Below are positions 56,272-64,000 of a DNA stretch of 64,000 nucleotides, piece by piece (the first letter of the stretch is position 1; every line of letters starts with the position of its first letter). The stretch covers positions 48,402 through 112,401 of the forward strand of contig CAZFBD010000002.1 of assembly GCA_964517125.1 (NCBI GenBank), given 5' to 3'. The DNA is from an uncultured Acidimicrobiales bacterium (GTDB lineage: Bacteria; Actinomycetota; Acidimicrobiia; Acidimicrobiales; SHLQ01). The translations under genes and the position numbers were made by a program. Below the pieces are notes generated by a model, which searched no databases, was not told the DNA's origin, and was given only the letters and a program-made list of their open reading frames with translations.

Positions 56272-57291
56272 ATGTCCGAGCTTCCGATCCTCGACGTCTC
56301 TGCGTTCCGCTCGAATCCCGCTGCCGACGACGCAGCGAACTTCGTCACCGAACTTCGGGACGCCTGCCATGGTCCAGGCTTCGCCTACGTCGTCGGCCAC
56401 GGAATCGATCCAGAGCTCGAGCGCAACCTCTGGTCCGAGAGTCGCGCATTCTTCGAACTCGACGAAGCGGAACGACGGAGCCTGGCCATCGAGAATTCGG
56501 CTGCGTTCCGCGGGTACACGATCCTTGGCGACGAACGGACGCAGGGAATCTCTGACTGGAGAGACCAGCTCGACCTCGGTGCCGAGCAACTGGCACCCGC
56601 CGCCGATGCACTTCCTGCCTGGCTACGGCTCCGAGGGCCCAACCAGTGGCCGCCAAGCCAGCCGACGATGAAACCGGCCGTGCTCGCATGGATGGCAGCG
56701 ATGGACGTGCTGAGTCTGACAATGCTGCGAGCACTTGCGGTCGGTTTGGGGCAGCCAATGCACCACTTCGACGCCGGGTTCATCCCCGAATCAGATGTGC
56801 ATCTGAAGATCATCCGGTATCCGGCCCAGCAAGCCGGTTCGGACACCGGACAAGGGGTGGGGCTCCACCACGATTCGGGGTTGTTGAGCTTCATCCTGCA
56901 AGACGACGTTGGCGGGCTCCAGGTGCAGCTCGAAGACGGCATGGTCGACGCCCACCCCATGCCGGGCGCCTACATCATGAACCTTGGCGAGATGTTCCAG
57001 TCCGCAACGTCCGGGTACCTGCGTGCCACACCCCACCGCGTGCAGAGCCCACCTCCCGGAACCACACGCCACTCGATTGCCTACTTCGTGAACCCCCGCT
57101 TCGAGACGGTGTTCGAGCCACTCCAGTTGCCGTCAGATCTTGCAGCCAAAGCACCTGGCAACGCCGATCACGGCATAGTCGACGACCGGGTGCATCCGCT
57201 GTTCGGCGACAACAACCTGAAGATCCGTCTGCGGGCGCACCCCGACGTTGCCGCCCGTCACTACGCCGACGTGATCGATCCCACGTTGTAG
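56272..57291 (+). CDS. 2-oxoglutarate/Fe(II)-dependent oxygenase (isopenicillin N synthase family)
   Basis: 339 aa. It has an N-terminal non-haem dioxygenase segment (LPILDVSAF...FGFAYVVGHGI), an HxD motif (GLHHDSG), and a distal His/Arg (HRVQSPPPGTTRHSIAYF). Confidence 0.85.
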   Translation: MSELPILDVSAFRSNPAADDAANFVTELRDACHGPGFAYVVGHGIDPELERNLWSESRAFFELDEAERRSLAIENSAAFRGYTILGDERTQGISDWRDQLDLGAEQLAPAADALPAWLRLRGPNQWPPSQPTMKPAVLAWMAAMDVLSLTMLRALAVGLGQPMHHFDAGFIPESDVHLKIIRYPAQQAGSDTGQGVGLHHDSGLLSFILQDDVGGLQVQLEDGMVDAHPMPGAYIMNLGEMFQSATSGYLRATPHRVQSPPPGTTRHSIAYFVNPRFETVFEPLQLPSDLAAKAPGNADHGIVDDRVHPLFGDNNLKIRLRAHPDVAARHYADVIDPTL

Positions 57292-57300
57292 AGTCGGCCC

Positions 57301-57645
57301 ATGGCCGACACACAACGAGATGCTCAGATCATTCCGTTTCCCACTGCTCCGGACCGGCGAGACGATGAGGTCGCAGCACCCACGGTTCGCCACGCGATCG
57401 GCGAGGTCCTCCGCGAGGAACGCACCGAACAGGAGCGGACGTTGGCCGACGTCGCCGACGACGCCGCGGTCTCCCTGCAGTACTTGAGCGAGATCGAACG
57501 GGGACGCAAAGAGGTCTCGTCGGATCTGCTGTCCTCGGTCTGTGACGCCTTGGAGATCGAGGTTGCCGAGGTACTCGAGCGCGCCGCCCAACACCTACGC
57601 ATCTGGTCGCAGGGCGGACCCTTCATGTCGCTGCTGGCGGCCTGA
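57301..57645 (+). CDS. clgR: XRE-family HTH regulator, ClgR/PopR-like, ending in -LLAA
   Basis: 114 aa. The HTH region is [45 protein letters not shown]. It sits next to clpP genes, and its C-terminus ...FMSLLAA has a di-alanine end. Confidence 0.6.
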   Translation: MADTQRDAQIIPFPTAPDRRDDEVAAPTVRHAIGEVLREERTEQERTLADVADDAAVSLQYLSEIERGRKEVSSDLLSSVCDALEIEVAEVLERAAQHLRIWSQGGPFMSLLAA

Positions 57646-58230
57646 CTCCACCAACACGTCGTCGATCACGCCGTACGCCACGGCAGCATCGCTGCGAAGA
57701 ACCAGCGCCCGGTCGGTGTCGGCCCGGACCTCGTCGGCCGACTTGCCGAGGTGTTTGGCGAGCAGCATCTCCGCTTCGCTTCGGATCTGTGCGAGCTCGG
57801 CGGCCTCGAGCGCAAGATCGCTGAGCGATCCGCGTCGGCCCTCGGACACCGGCTGATGCAGCAGCACGCGGGCGTGAGGCAACGCCGCACGCTTCCCCGG
57901 CGTGCCTGCAGCAAGCAGCATCGCAGCGGTCGACGCTGCCTGTCCCACACAAAGGGTTGAGACGTCGCAGGGAACGAAGCGCATCGTGTCGTAGATGGCG
58001 AGTGTGGCGCTGAACGAGCCACCGGGCGAGTTGATGTAGATGGAAATGTCCCGCTCGGGAGCATCGGCCGCAAGGTGCAGCAGCTGCGCCACGATCACAT
58101 TCGCCACTCCGTCATCGATCGGAGTGCCAAGAAAGATGATGCGTTCGGACAGCAACCGACTGAAGATGTCGGAGACCCGTTCGCCCTTCTCTGTTCGTTC
58201 AACAACGGTGGGGATGGTGTAGCTGCTCAT
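57595..58230 (-). CDS. clpP2: ATP-dependent Clp protease proteolytic subunit, ClpP2-like, with Asp-to-Ala at the catalytic-triad position
   Basis: 211 aa. Ser (GQAASTAA) and His (VLLHQP) are present. The region aligning to E. coli DTERD185RF reads DTDRALV. An ATGA-type overlap (58227-58230) joins it to the upstream clpP. Confidence 0.85.
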   Translation of the reverse strand: MSSYTIPTVVERTEKGERVSDIFSRLLSERIIFLGTPIDDGVANVIVAQLLHLAADAPERDISIYINSPGGSFSATLAIYDTMRFVPCDVSTLCVGQAASTAAMLLAAGTPGKRAALPHARVLLHQPVSEGRRGSLSDLALEAAELAQIRSEAEMLLAKHLGKSADEVRADTDRALVLRSDAAVAYGVIDDVLVESGRQQRHEGSALRPDA

Positions 58231-58868
58231 GCCGCACTCCCTTCGAGGGACCGGGACAGACCGATCTGTCGGGTCGGCGGCTTGGGAACGATGTCGTCGA
58301 TGGACGTGACCACATGATCGATGAAGCCATAGTCGAGCGCCTCATGTGCATCGAACCATCGATCGCGTCCGACATCCCGGAGCACGTCGTCGATGCTGTT
58401 GCCGGTGTGGAGGGCAATGATCTTCCGGAGCCGGTCCAGGGTGTTCTCGAGGTTGATCGCCTGAATCTCCACATCGGAAGCCGACCCACCAAGGCCGGCT
58501 GAACCTTCGTGCATCAACACCTGGGCATGTGGGAGGGCGAACCGTTTTCCTGGTGCGCCAGCACACAGAATGATCTGCCCCATGCTCGCCGCCGAACCCA
58601 GGGCGACCGTTGCGACGTCGTTGGGGATGAGCTGCATCGTGTCGTACACCGCGAGGCCGGCCATGACGGAACCACCGGGCGAGTTGATGAAGAGGCAGAT
58701 GTCGCTCTCGGGGTCTTCGGTCGCCAGCATGAGCAGCTGTCCGATCAGTCGATTGGCACTTTCGTCACTCACCTCCTCCCCCAGCAGCAGAATCCGTCGT
58801 TCGAGGAGTCGGTCCAGCGGGTTCACGGTTGCAGTCATGGGCGAATTCTGGCGGCACAGTGTCGGCAT
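58227..58868 (-). CDS. clpP1: ATP-dependent Clp protease proteolytic subunit, ClpP1-like (start uncertain: 58838, 58868 or 58916)
   Basis: Ser (GSAASMG), His (VLMHEGS, an unusual HEG instead of HQP) and Asp (GRDRWF) are all present. The C-terminal [12 protein letters not shown] resembles mycobacterial ClpP1. I chose 58868 to leave ~17 residues for the N-terminal loop. Confidence 0.8.
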   Translation of the reverse strand: MPTLCRQNSPMTATVNPLDRLLERRILLLGEEVSDESANRLIGQLLMLATEDPESDICLFINSPGGSVMAGLAVYDTMQLIPNDVATVALGSAASMGQIILCAGAPGKRFALPHAQVLMHEGSAGLGGSASDVEIQAINLENTLDRLRKIIALHTGNSIDDVLRDVGRDRWFDAHEALDYGFIDHVVTSIDDIVPKPPTRQIGLSRSLEGSAA

Positions 58869-58935
58869 CGGAACCGTTTCTGCTGCAGGCAGAACTGGTC
58901 CACCATCACCCGCCATCGTTCGGTAGGGTTCGCCC

Positions 58936-59901
58936 ATGACTGACATGACGTATCGACGGTTGGGACGAAGCGGGCTGAAGGTGAGCACACTGTCGTACGG
59001 CTCGTGGGTCACCTTCGGAGGTCAGCAGGGGCTGGACGCCGTCACCGACTCGATGGCGGCAGCGCACGACGCAGGCGTCAACTTCTTCGACAATGCCGAG
59101 GCGTACGCCGGTGGTGAATCAGAACGGCTCATGGGACAGGCGCTCCAACAGTTCGGCTGGGCCCGAGAGACCTATGTGGTGAGCACGAAGTTCTTCTGGG
59201 GCATCGTCGACGACGTGAACACCAAGTTCACGCTGAACCGCAAGTACCTCATGCAGGCCATGGACCGGTCCCTCGAGCGCTTTCAGCTGGACTTTGTCGA
59301 CCTTGTCTATTGCCACCGGGCCGATCCCGACACGCCCATCGAGGAGACGGTGTTCGCCATGCACGACATCGTGAGCTCTGGGAAGGCGCTCTACTGGGGT
59401 ACGTCAGAGTGGTCGGCCGACGAGATCCGTGCCGCCTACGAGATCGCCGAGCGCCATCATCTGCACAAGCCTGTGATGGAACAACCCGAGTACAACATGC
59501 TCAACCGCACCAAGGTCGAAACCGAGTTCGCCCGCCTGTACGAAGACATTGGTCTTGGCACAACCATCTGGAGCCCGCTGGCCGGCGGCCTTCTCACTGG
59601 CAAGTACCTCGATGGCATTCCCGAGGGCAGCCGCGCCACCCTGCAGAACCATGCTGGTCTGTCGCAGCGAGCACACGAAGAGGCCACCCTGGCCGTCATC
59701 CGCCGAGTAGTCGATGTCGCGGGCGAGTTGGACTGCACACCCGCGCAGTTGGCGCTGGCCTGGTGCGCGGCGAACCCCAACGTCTCCACGGTGATCACCG
59801 GTGCCAGCAGGCCCAGTCAGGTCGTCGAGAACATGGAGGCCATCGGCATCGTCGAGGCGCTCACGCCGGAACTGATGGCCCGCCTCAACGGCGAGAGCTG
59901 A
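58936..59901 (+). CDS. Aldo/keto reductase (Kv-beta-like subfamily)
   Basis: 321 aa with [37 protein letters not shown] and [10 protein letters not shown]. Confidence 0.9.
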   Translation: MTDMTYRRLGRSGLKVSTLSYGSWVTFGGQQGLDAVTDSMAAAHDAGVNFFDNAEAYAGGESERLMGQALQQFGWARETYVVSTKFFWGIVDDVNTKFTLNRKYLMQAMDRSLERFQLDFVDLVYCHRADPDTPIEETVFAMHDIVSSGKALYWGTSEWSADEIRAAYEIAERHHLHKPVMEQPEYNMLNRTKVETEFARLYEDIGLGTTIWSPLAGGLLTGKYLDGIPEGSRATLQNHAGLSQRAHEEATLAVIRRVVDVAGELDCTPAQLALAWCAANPNVSTVITGASRPSQVVENMEAIGIVEALTPELMARLNGES

Positions 59902-59956
59902 ACAGCGCCGCTCGAGCTGCTTGAGACGATTGTGGCAACGCACGTACCCTGAGCCC

Positions 59957-60337
59957 ATGACAACAACGACCTTGGCGGACGCTGGCAAGACCGCACCGGT
60001 GGCGTTGCAACGCGTCCGCTTGGTGCTTGCGGCCGTGCCGCTCCTGGCAGTCGGCTTGCTGTACCTGTTCGCTTGGGACACCAGCCGCGCGTTCGGGGCA
60101 TGGCCAACCTACGGAAACCCAGACCCGAAGGACGCAAACTCGCTGCTGCACCTATTTTCGGGAGTTGGGATTCTGTTGTCCATACCCAGTTTCCTTCTGC
60201 TCTGCCTGTTGGCACCGGCAGCTCATGGACGTCAGACGACGCGCCGGGACACGCTCACCTTGGTGGCAGGAGCAATTGGGTTGCTTCTGCTGTTCGTCAC
60301 GCTCGCCGGAAACCTCGGCACCTGGTTCATGGACTGA
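59957..60337 (+). CDS. Hypothetical membrane protein
   Basis: The ATG at 59957 gives MTTTTLADAGKTAPVALQRVRLVLAAVPLLAVGLLYLFAW... The protein has about 4 TM segments. Confidence 0.5.
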   Translation: MTTTTLADAGKTAPVALQRVRLVLAAVPLLAVGLLYLFAWDTSRAFGAWPTYGNPDPKDANSLLHLFSGVGILLSIPSFLLLCLLAPAAHGRQTTRRDTLTLVAGAIGLLLLFVTLAGNLGTWFMD

Positions 60338-60373
60338 CGTCCGAGCCAGCCTGTGCCGCCCCGGCGACGGGGC

Positions 60374-62653
60374 TCAGCCGGTCGCTTCCTGAATGGTGCG
60401 CCACACTCGGAGCGGGGTGACCGGGATTTCGATGTGCGTCACGCCCAGGTGCGAAAGCGCATCAACAACGGCGTTCTGCACGGCTGGTGTGGAGCCGATG
60501 GTGCCGGACTCGCCGATGCCCTTGGCTCCGATGGGGTTCCGGTCCGTGGGTGTCTCCAAGGCGACCCGCTCGAAGCTCGGGAACTCCGTGGCAGCGGGGA
60601 AGGCGTAGTCCATGAAGTTGCCGGTCATCGGGTTGCCGTCCTCGTCGTACAGGAACGTCTCCATGAGTGCGTGGCTGATGCCGCTGCTGACACCGCCGTG
60701 CACCTGCCCCTCAACGATGGTCGGATTCACGATGACCCCGGCATCGTCACAGGAGATGTGGCGGATGGGCACGACCTGGCCGGTCGCTCGATCGACCTCG
60801 ACAACAGAGAGGTGCGCTCCAAACGGGTATGTGGCTGCCGGCGGCTTGAAGTCGGTCTCGGCCACGAACGCAGCTCCTCCGGCGTCCTCTTCGGCCTTTG
60901 ATGCAATCTGTGCCCAATCGATGGACTTGGCCGGGGTGCCTGCGACTGCGAAGGACCCGGAGGAAACGTCGAGCACGATGTCGTCCACGCTGGCTTCCAG
61001 AATCTGTGCCGCAATGTCCTTGGCAGCGTCGACGATGTTGACCGAGGCGTTGTGCACGGCGCTGCCACCCACCTGCAACGAGCGGGAACCACCGGTGCCG
61101 CCGCCACGCTTCACCTCGTCGGTGTCGCCGTGGCGGACGTCGATCTTGTCGAACGGAATGCCGGTCACATCCGCAGCCACCTGGGCGAACGCTGTGTGAT
61201 GACCCTGCCCGTGCGCAGACGACCCCGTGAGCACGATGGCGGAACCGTCGGGTTGCACCTGCACGCTGCCGAACTCGCCCGCTCCCATCGGGTTGGCGAT
61301 CTCGACGTAGACACACCAGCCGAGACCGAGCAGCTTGGCGTTGGGGTCGTTGCGGCGCCGTTCCTGTTCGGCCCGGAGCGAGCCATAGTCGGCTGCGTCG
61401 ATGACCAGATCAACCGCGGTCTCGTAGTCGCCGGAGTCCATGTCGGCGCCAGTCGGCGTCTTCAGGGGGAAGGCGTCGGCGGCTAACAGGTTCCGGCGCC
61501 GGAGCTCGATCGGATCCAACCCGATCTCGGCGGCAAAAACGTCGATGATTCGCTCGAGCGCAATCGTGGCCTCAGGCCGACCGGCGCCGCGGTAGGCGCC
61601 GATGGGCGTTGTCGTGGTGACGACGGACTCGGCCGAGAAGGCAACCTTGGGGATGTCATAGTTTCCGGTGGCAACGATCCGGCTGAGGAACGGAAGGATG
61701 GCTCCTATGCCCGGATAGGCACCGGCATCTTGAATCATGTGGCATTCGTACGCCTGAATGTCGCCGTCACGCGTCCCACCAAGCCGCACCCGGTTCTCGA
61801 CCGAGCGGGCATGAGCCAGGTTGAGCATGCTTTCGGAGCGGGTTTCGGCCCAACGCATCGGCCGGCCGAGCGCTCGGGCAAGTTCGGCGACGACAAGGTC
61901 TTCGACGTACTGACCGTTCTTGGCGCCGAACCCTCCCCCGACGTCCGGCGTGATCACATGGACCTGTTCAGTCTCGACGCCGAGGCCGCTGGCAAGCCCG
62001 TCGCGGGCGCCGTGCGGAAACTGGGTGCAGGACCAATACGTGAGGCGAGGTGTGCCGTCGACGTCGCCCCATTCACAAACGCCCGCTCGTGGCTCGATCG
62101 GAGCGCCGCTGAGCCGTGGGTTCATGAAGGTGAGATCCACGGTCACATCACAGTCGGCGAAGATGTCTTCCTCGATGCCCGATGGGAGCGCGAAGGTTGT
62201 GTTGGTACCCACCTCTGGATAGAGCAACGTCTCGTTGGCCAACGCATCTGCAAACTCGACCACCGCGTCGAGTGGCTCGTAGTCGACGAAGACCATCTCA
62301 GCAGCGTCCACGCCGGCCTCCACGCTCTCGGCGACGATGGCCACGATCGGCTCACCCACGTAGCGGACCTTGCCGGTCGCCAGCCATGTGCGGGTCATCT
62401 CCTGCTTCAGCATCGGGTTCGATGGCGGCCGGGCGGTGAGGCCCAGACTCTCGGCCGTGTGAACGGCAACGACACCCGGCATGCCTTCGGCGTCGCTCAC
62501 GTCGATCTCGGTGAGCTCGGCGTGGGCCATGACCGAGCGCACGAAGGTCACATGAAGTGCGTCGGTCGGACCCACATCGGCGACGTACATACCGCCGACA
62601 GTGAGCAGGTCCGGATCTTCCTTGCGAACGACGCGGGTTCCGATCATGCTCAC
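60374..62653 (-). CDS. Molybdopterin-binding large subunit of the xanthine dehydrogenase/CO dehydrogenase family (form-II CoxL-like)
   Basis: 759 aa. The N-terminus is MIGTRVVRKEDPDLLTVGG, and the active-site loop is PIGAYRGAGRPEA (AYRGAGR, the form-II signature). Confidence 0.85.
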   Translation of the reverse strand: MSMIGTRVVRKEDPDLLTVGGMYVADVGPTDALHVTFVRSVMAHAELTEIDVSDAEGMPGVVAVHTAESLGLTARPPSNPMLKQEMTRTWLATGKVRYVGEPIVAIVAESVEAGVDAAEMVFVDYEPLDAVVEFADALANETLLYPEVGTNTTFALPSGIEEDIFADCDVTVDLTFMNPRLSGAPIEPRAGVCEWGDVDGTPRLTYWSCTQFPHGARDGLASGLGVETEQVHVITPDVGGGFGAKNGQYVEDLVVAELARALGRPMRWAETRSESMLNLAHARSVENRVRLGGTRDGDIQAYECHMIQDAGAYPGIGAILPFLSRIVATGNYDIPKVAFSAESVVTTTTPIGAYRGAGRPEATIALERIIDVFAAEIGLDPIELRRRNLLAADAFPLKTPTGADMDSGDYETAVDLVIDAADYGSLRAEQERRRNDPNAKLLGLGWCVYVEIANPMGAGEFGSVQVQPDGSAIVLTGSSAHGQGHHTAFAQVAADVTGIPFDKIDVRHGDTDEVKRGGGTGGSRSLQVGGSAVHNASVNIVDAAKDIAAQILEASVDDIVLDVSSGSFAVAGTPAKSIDWAQIASKAEEDAGGAAFVAETDFKPPAATYPFGAHLSVVEVDRATGQVVPIRHISCDDAGVIVNPTIVEGQVHGGVSSGISHALMETFLYDEDGNPMTGNFMDYAFPAATEFPSFERVALETPTDRNPIGAKGIGESGTIGSTPAVQNAVVDALSHLGVTHIEIPVTPLRVWRTIQEATG

Positions 62654-62826
62654 GGTGTTTCTCCTCTTCTGGCCAAAGCCGAAGTCAACTTCGACGCCAC
62701 TCTAGAGCGCGTTGCCCACCCACGGCCCAGCCGTCATTGTGCGTTCCTCGGTCGGGAAGGCTCCGGCGCTCGACCATCGGACGGATCGCATCGTCAGCTT
62801 GCTGTTTGCCTGAAGACAGCTTGCGG

Positions 62827-62857
62827 TTGACCGCCGAAAGCGTGGTTGTCTTACAGT
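62827..62857 (+). promoter_or_regulatory. Candidate promoter TTGACC-N19-TACAGT upstream of the VOC gene
   Basis: Read directly from the sequence. The spacer is 2 nt longer than optimal. It is preceded by the direct repeat CAGCTTGC at 62795 and 62817. Confidence 0.3.
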
Positions 62858-62928
62858 ATTGCGAACGCCACAAGCGCAACCATCGGGGATCACGGGAGAG
62901 CGACGCGGCAGACCGAAAGAGAACAACC

Positions 62929-63633
62929 ATGACCGAAGCAACCATCCCGAACAACGGCATTCACCACCTCGCCGTGGCGACCAAGGACATCAAAACCCAG
63001 ATCGAGTTCTTCAACGACGTGCTCGGGTGCGAGCTCGTGGCCCTGTATTGGATGCACGGCGTCGAGGGTGCATGGCATGGCTTCATGAAGATGAGCGAGA
63101 CCTGCTCAGTGGCCTTCGTCCAGACCCCGCAGATGGCAGATGTCGAGAGCACCCTCGGTGTGACCCACTCAGGAAACGGTGCCGGCCCATGCGCGCCTGG
63201 CACCATGCAGCACCTCGCCTTCAACGTCGACAGTCATGAAGACCTGCTCGCCGTGCGTGACCGGATTCGTTCCCGTGACATCACGGTCTTCGGCCCCATC
63301 GATCACGGCATGTGCCACTCGATCTACTTTGCGGGCCCCGAAGACCTCTCGCTCGAGTACGCGTACTCGGAGAAGCCGATCGACGGTCGGGCCTGGGTCG
63401 ACCCCGAGGTTGTCGGCTTGGCTGGGATCTCCGAAGACGAACTCGAGCGCTACCGCAACCCGGTTGCCGATGCCCCCTCTGACACGGCTGTTCCCCAGCC
63501 GGCCTTTGACCCCAACCTTCCCTGGCAGCGCGGCTTCGGCGAAGAGGTGTACCAGCGGATCATCAGCATGCCCGACGACGTTCTCGCCGCCCGGATGGAC
63601 TTCGCCGACCCGCCAGTCCAGGTCGAAGACTGA
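62929..63633 (+). CDS. VOC (glyoxalase/extradiol dioxygenase-like) family protein
   Basis: The ATG at 62929 gives MTEATIPNNGIHHLAVATKDIKTQIEFFNDVLGCELV...MQHLAFNV.... The protein is 234 aa. The track ORF is over-extended upstream. Confidence 0.8.
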   Translation: MTEATIPNNGIHHLAVATKDIKTQIEFFNDVLGCELVALYWMHGVEGAWHGFMKMSETCSVAFVQTPQMADVESTLGVTHSGNGAGPCAPGTMQHLAFNVDSHEDLLAVRDRIRSRDITVFGPIDHGMCHSIYFAGPEDLSLEYAYSEKPIDGRAWVDPEVVGLAGISEDELERYRNPVADAPSDTAVPQPAFDPNLPWQRGFGEEVYQRIISMPDDVLAARMDFADPPVQVED

Positions 63634-63671
63634 GGCGAGCCCGCGGCCCTTGGCCCCTCAGCTGAGGATGG

Positions 63672-64000
63672 TTACTTGAGGATGGTGCCGTCGGGTCGAC
63701 GGATTTCGATTGTTCCATCGGGCAGGCGGGAGACGGAGTAGCCGCGTTCTTTGTGGCGATTGTGTTTGCCGCAGGCCACGCCTGCATTGTTCGGATTGGT
63801 GAGACCACCGCCTCCGCGATCGCTGGTTTCGGTGTAGGGATGAAGATGGTCGATCTGGCTGTGGTGGACGCCGACGTGGCAGCCGGGCCAGTAGCACTCG
63901 CAGGAGTTGAGTTGGGCTGCGAGGCGGGCATAGCCGGTGAAGTTCCGACGGCGGCCGAGGTCGATGGTGACGCTGTCAGCGCCGATCACGTTGCGACGCA
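63672..64000 (-). CDS. HNH endonuclease domain protein (DUF222/13E12-type), 5' end outside the window
   Basis: The C-terminal HNH region is CECYWPGCHVGVHHSQIDHLHPY...NAGVACGKHNRHKE. The reading frame stays open to the window edge, so the M at 63989 is probably internal. Confidence 0.7.
   Translation of the reverse strand, partial: RRNVIGADSVTIDLGRRRNFTGYARLAAQLNSCECYWPGCHVGVHHSQIDHLHPYTETSDRGGGGLTNPNNAGVACGKHNRHKERGYSVSRLPDGTIEIRRPDGTILK

Noticed and set aside
58839-58935. ClgR operator (CGC-N5-GCG type palindrome) in the clpP1 upstream region
   Set aside because: I scanned both strands by eye. Only GCG-N7-GCG and isolated TTCGCC half-sites are present, with no convincing match. The clpP1 start codon is also uncertain.

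Overview
High-GC (~65-70%), gene-dense chromosomal window. The gene content looks actinobacterial and possibly Acidimicrobiia-like: PdtaS-like kinase, DUF3107, Lhr, class E sortase, Septum_form lipoprotein, WS/DGAT, Eis, ClgR/ClpP1P2. This taxonomic call is inference. I call about 55 protein-coding genes. I found no rRNA, tRNA, CRISPR array, IS element or integrase. Many long ORFs in the track are antisense artefacts of the high GC content and are rejected below. The main blocks, left to right, are listed here. (1) A paired ArsA/Get3-like ATPase locus with DUF3107 and Mrp. (2) bcp, then an ECF sigma factor with a large membrane partner, then Lhr helicase, a SixA-like phosphatase and an ATP-dependent DNA ligase. 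(3) A GAF-GGDEF cyclase translationally coupled to a sensor ATPase with no H-box, followed by a 3,077-aa secreted, membrane-anchored, highly repetitive surface protein. (4) A complete colinear System I cytochrome c maturation operon, ccmABCDEFGH plus a TPR CcmI-like gene. (5) A class E sortase, a Septum_form lipoprotein and a DUF5317-like protein. (6) Assorted metabolic and regulatory genes. (7) A tightly coupled glycerolipid/TAG operon convergent with gpsA. (8) An RdhA-like corrinoid/Fe-S protein. (9) A clpP1-clpP2 pair with a convergently overlapping ClgR/PopR-like regulator. (10) An orphan form-II CoxL-like molybdoenzyme. (11) A truncated HNH gene at the right edge. The most interesting items are the cyclase / pseudo-kinase / giant adhesin module, System I Ccm in an apparently actinobacterial background, a twice-occurring intergenic palindrome-flanked module, and a ClpP2 whose catalytic Asp is replaced by Ala.
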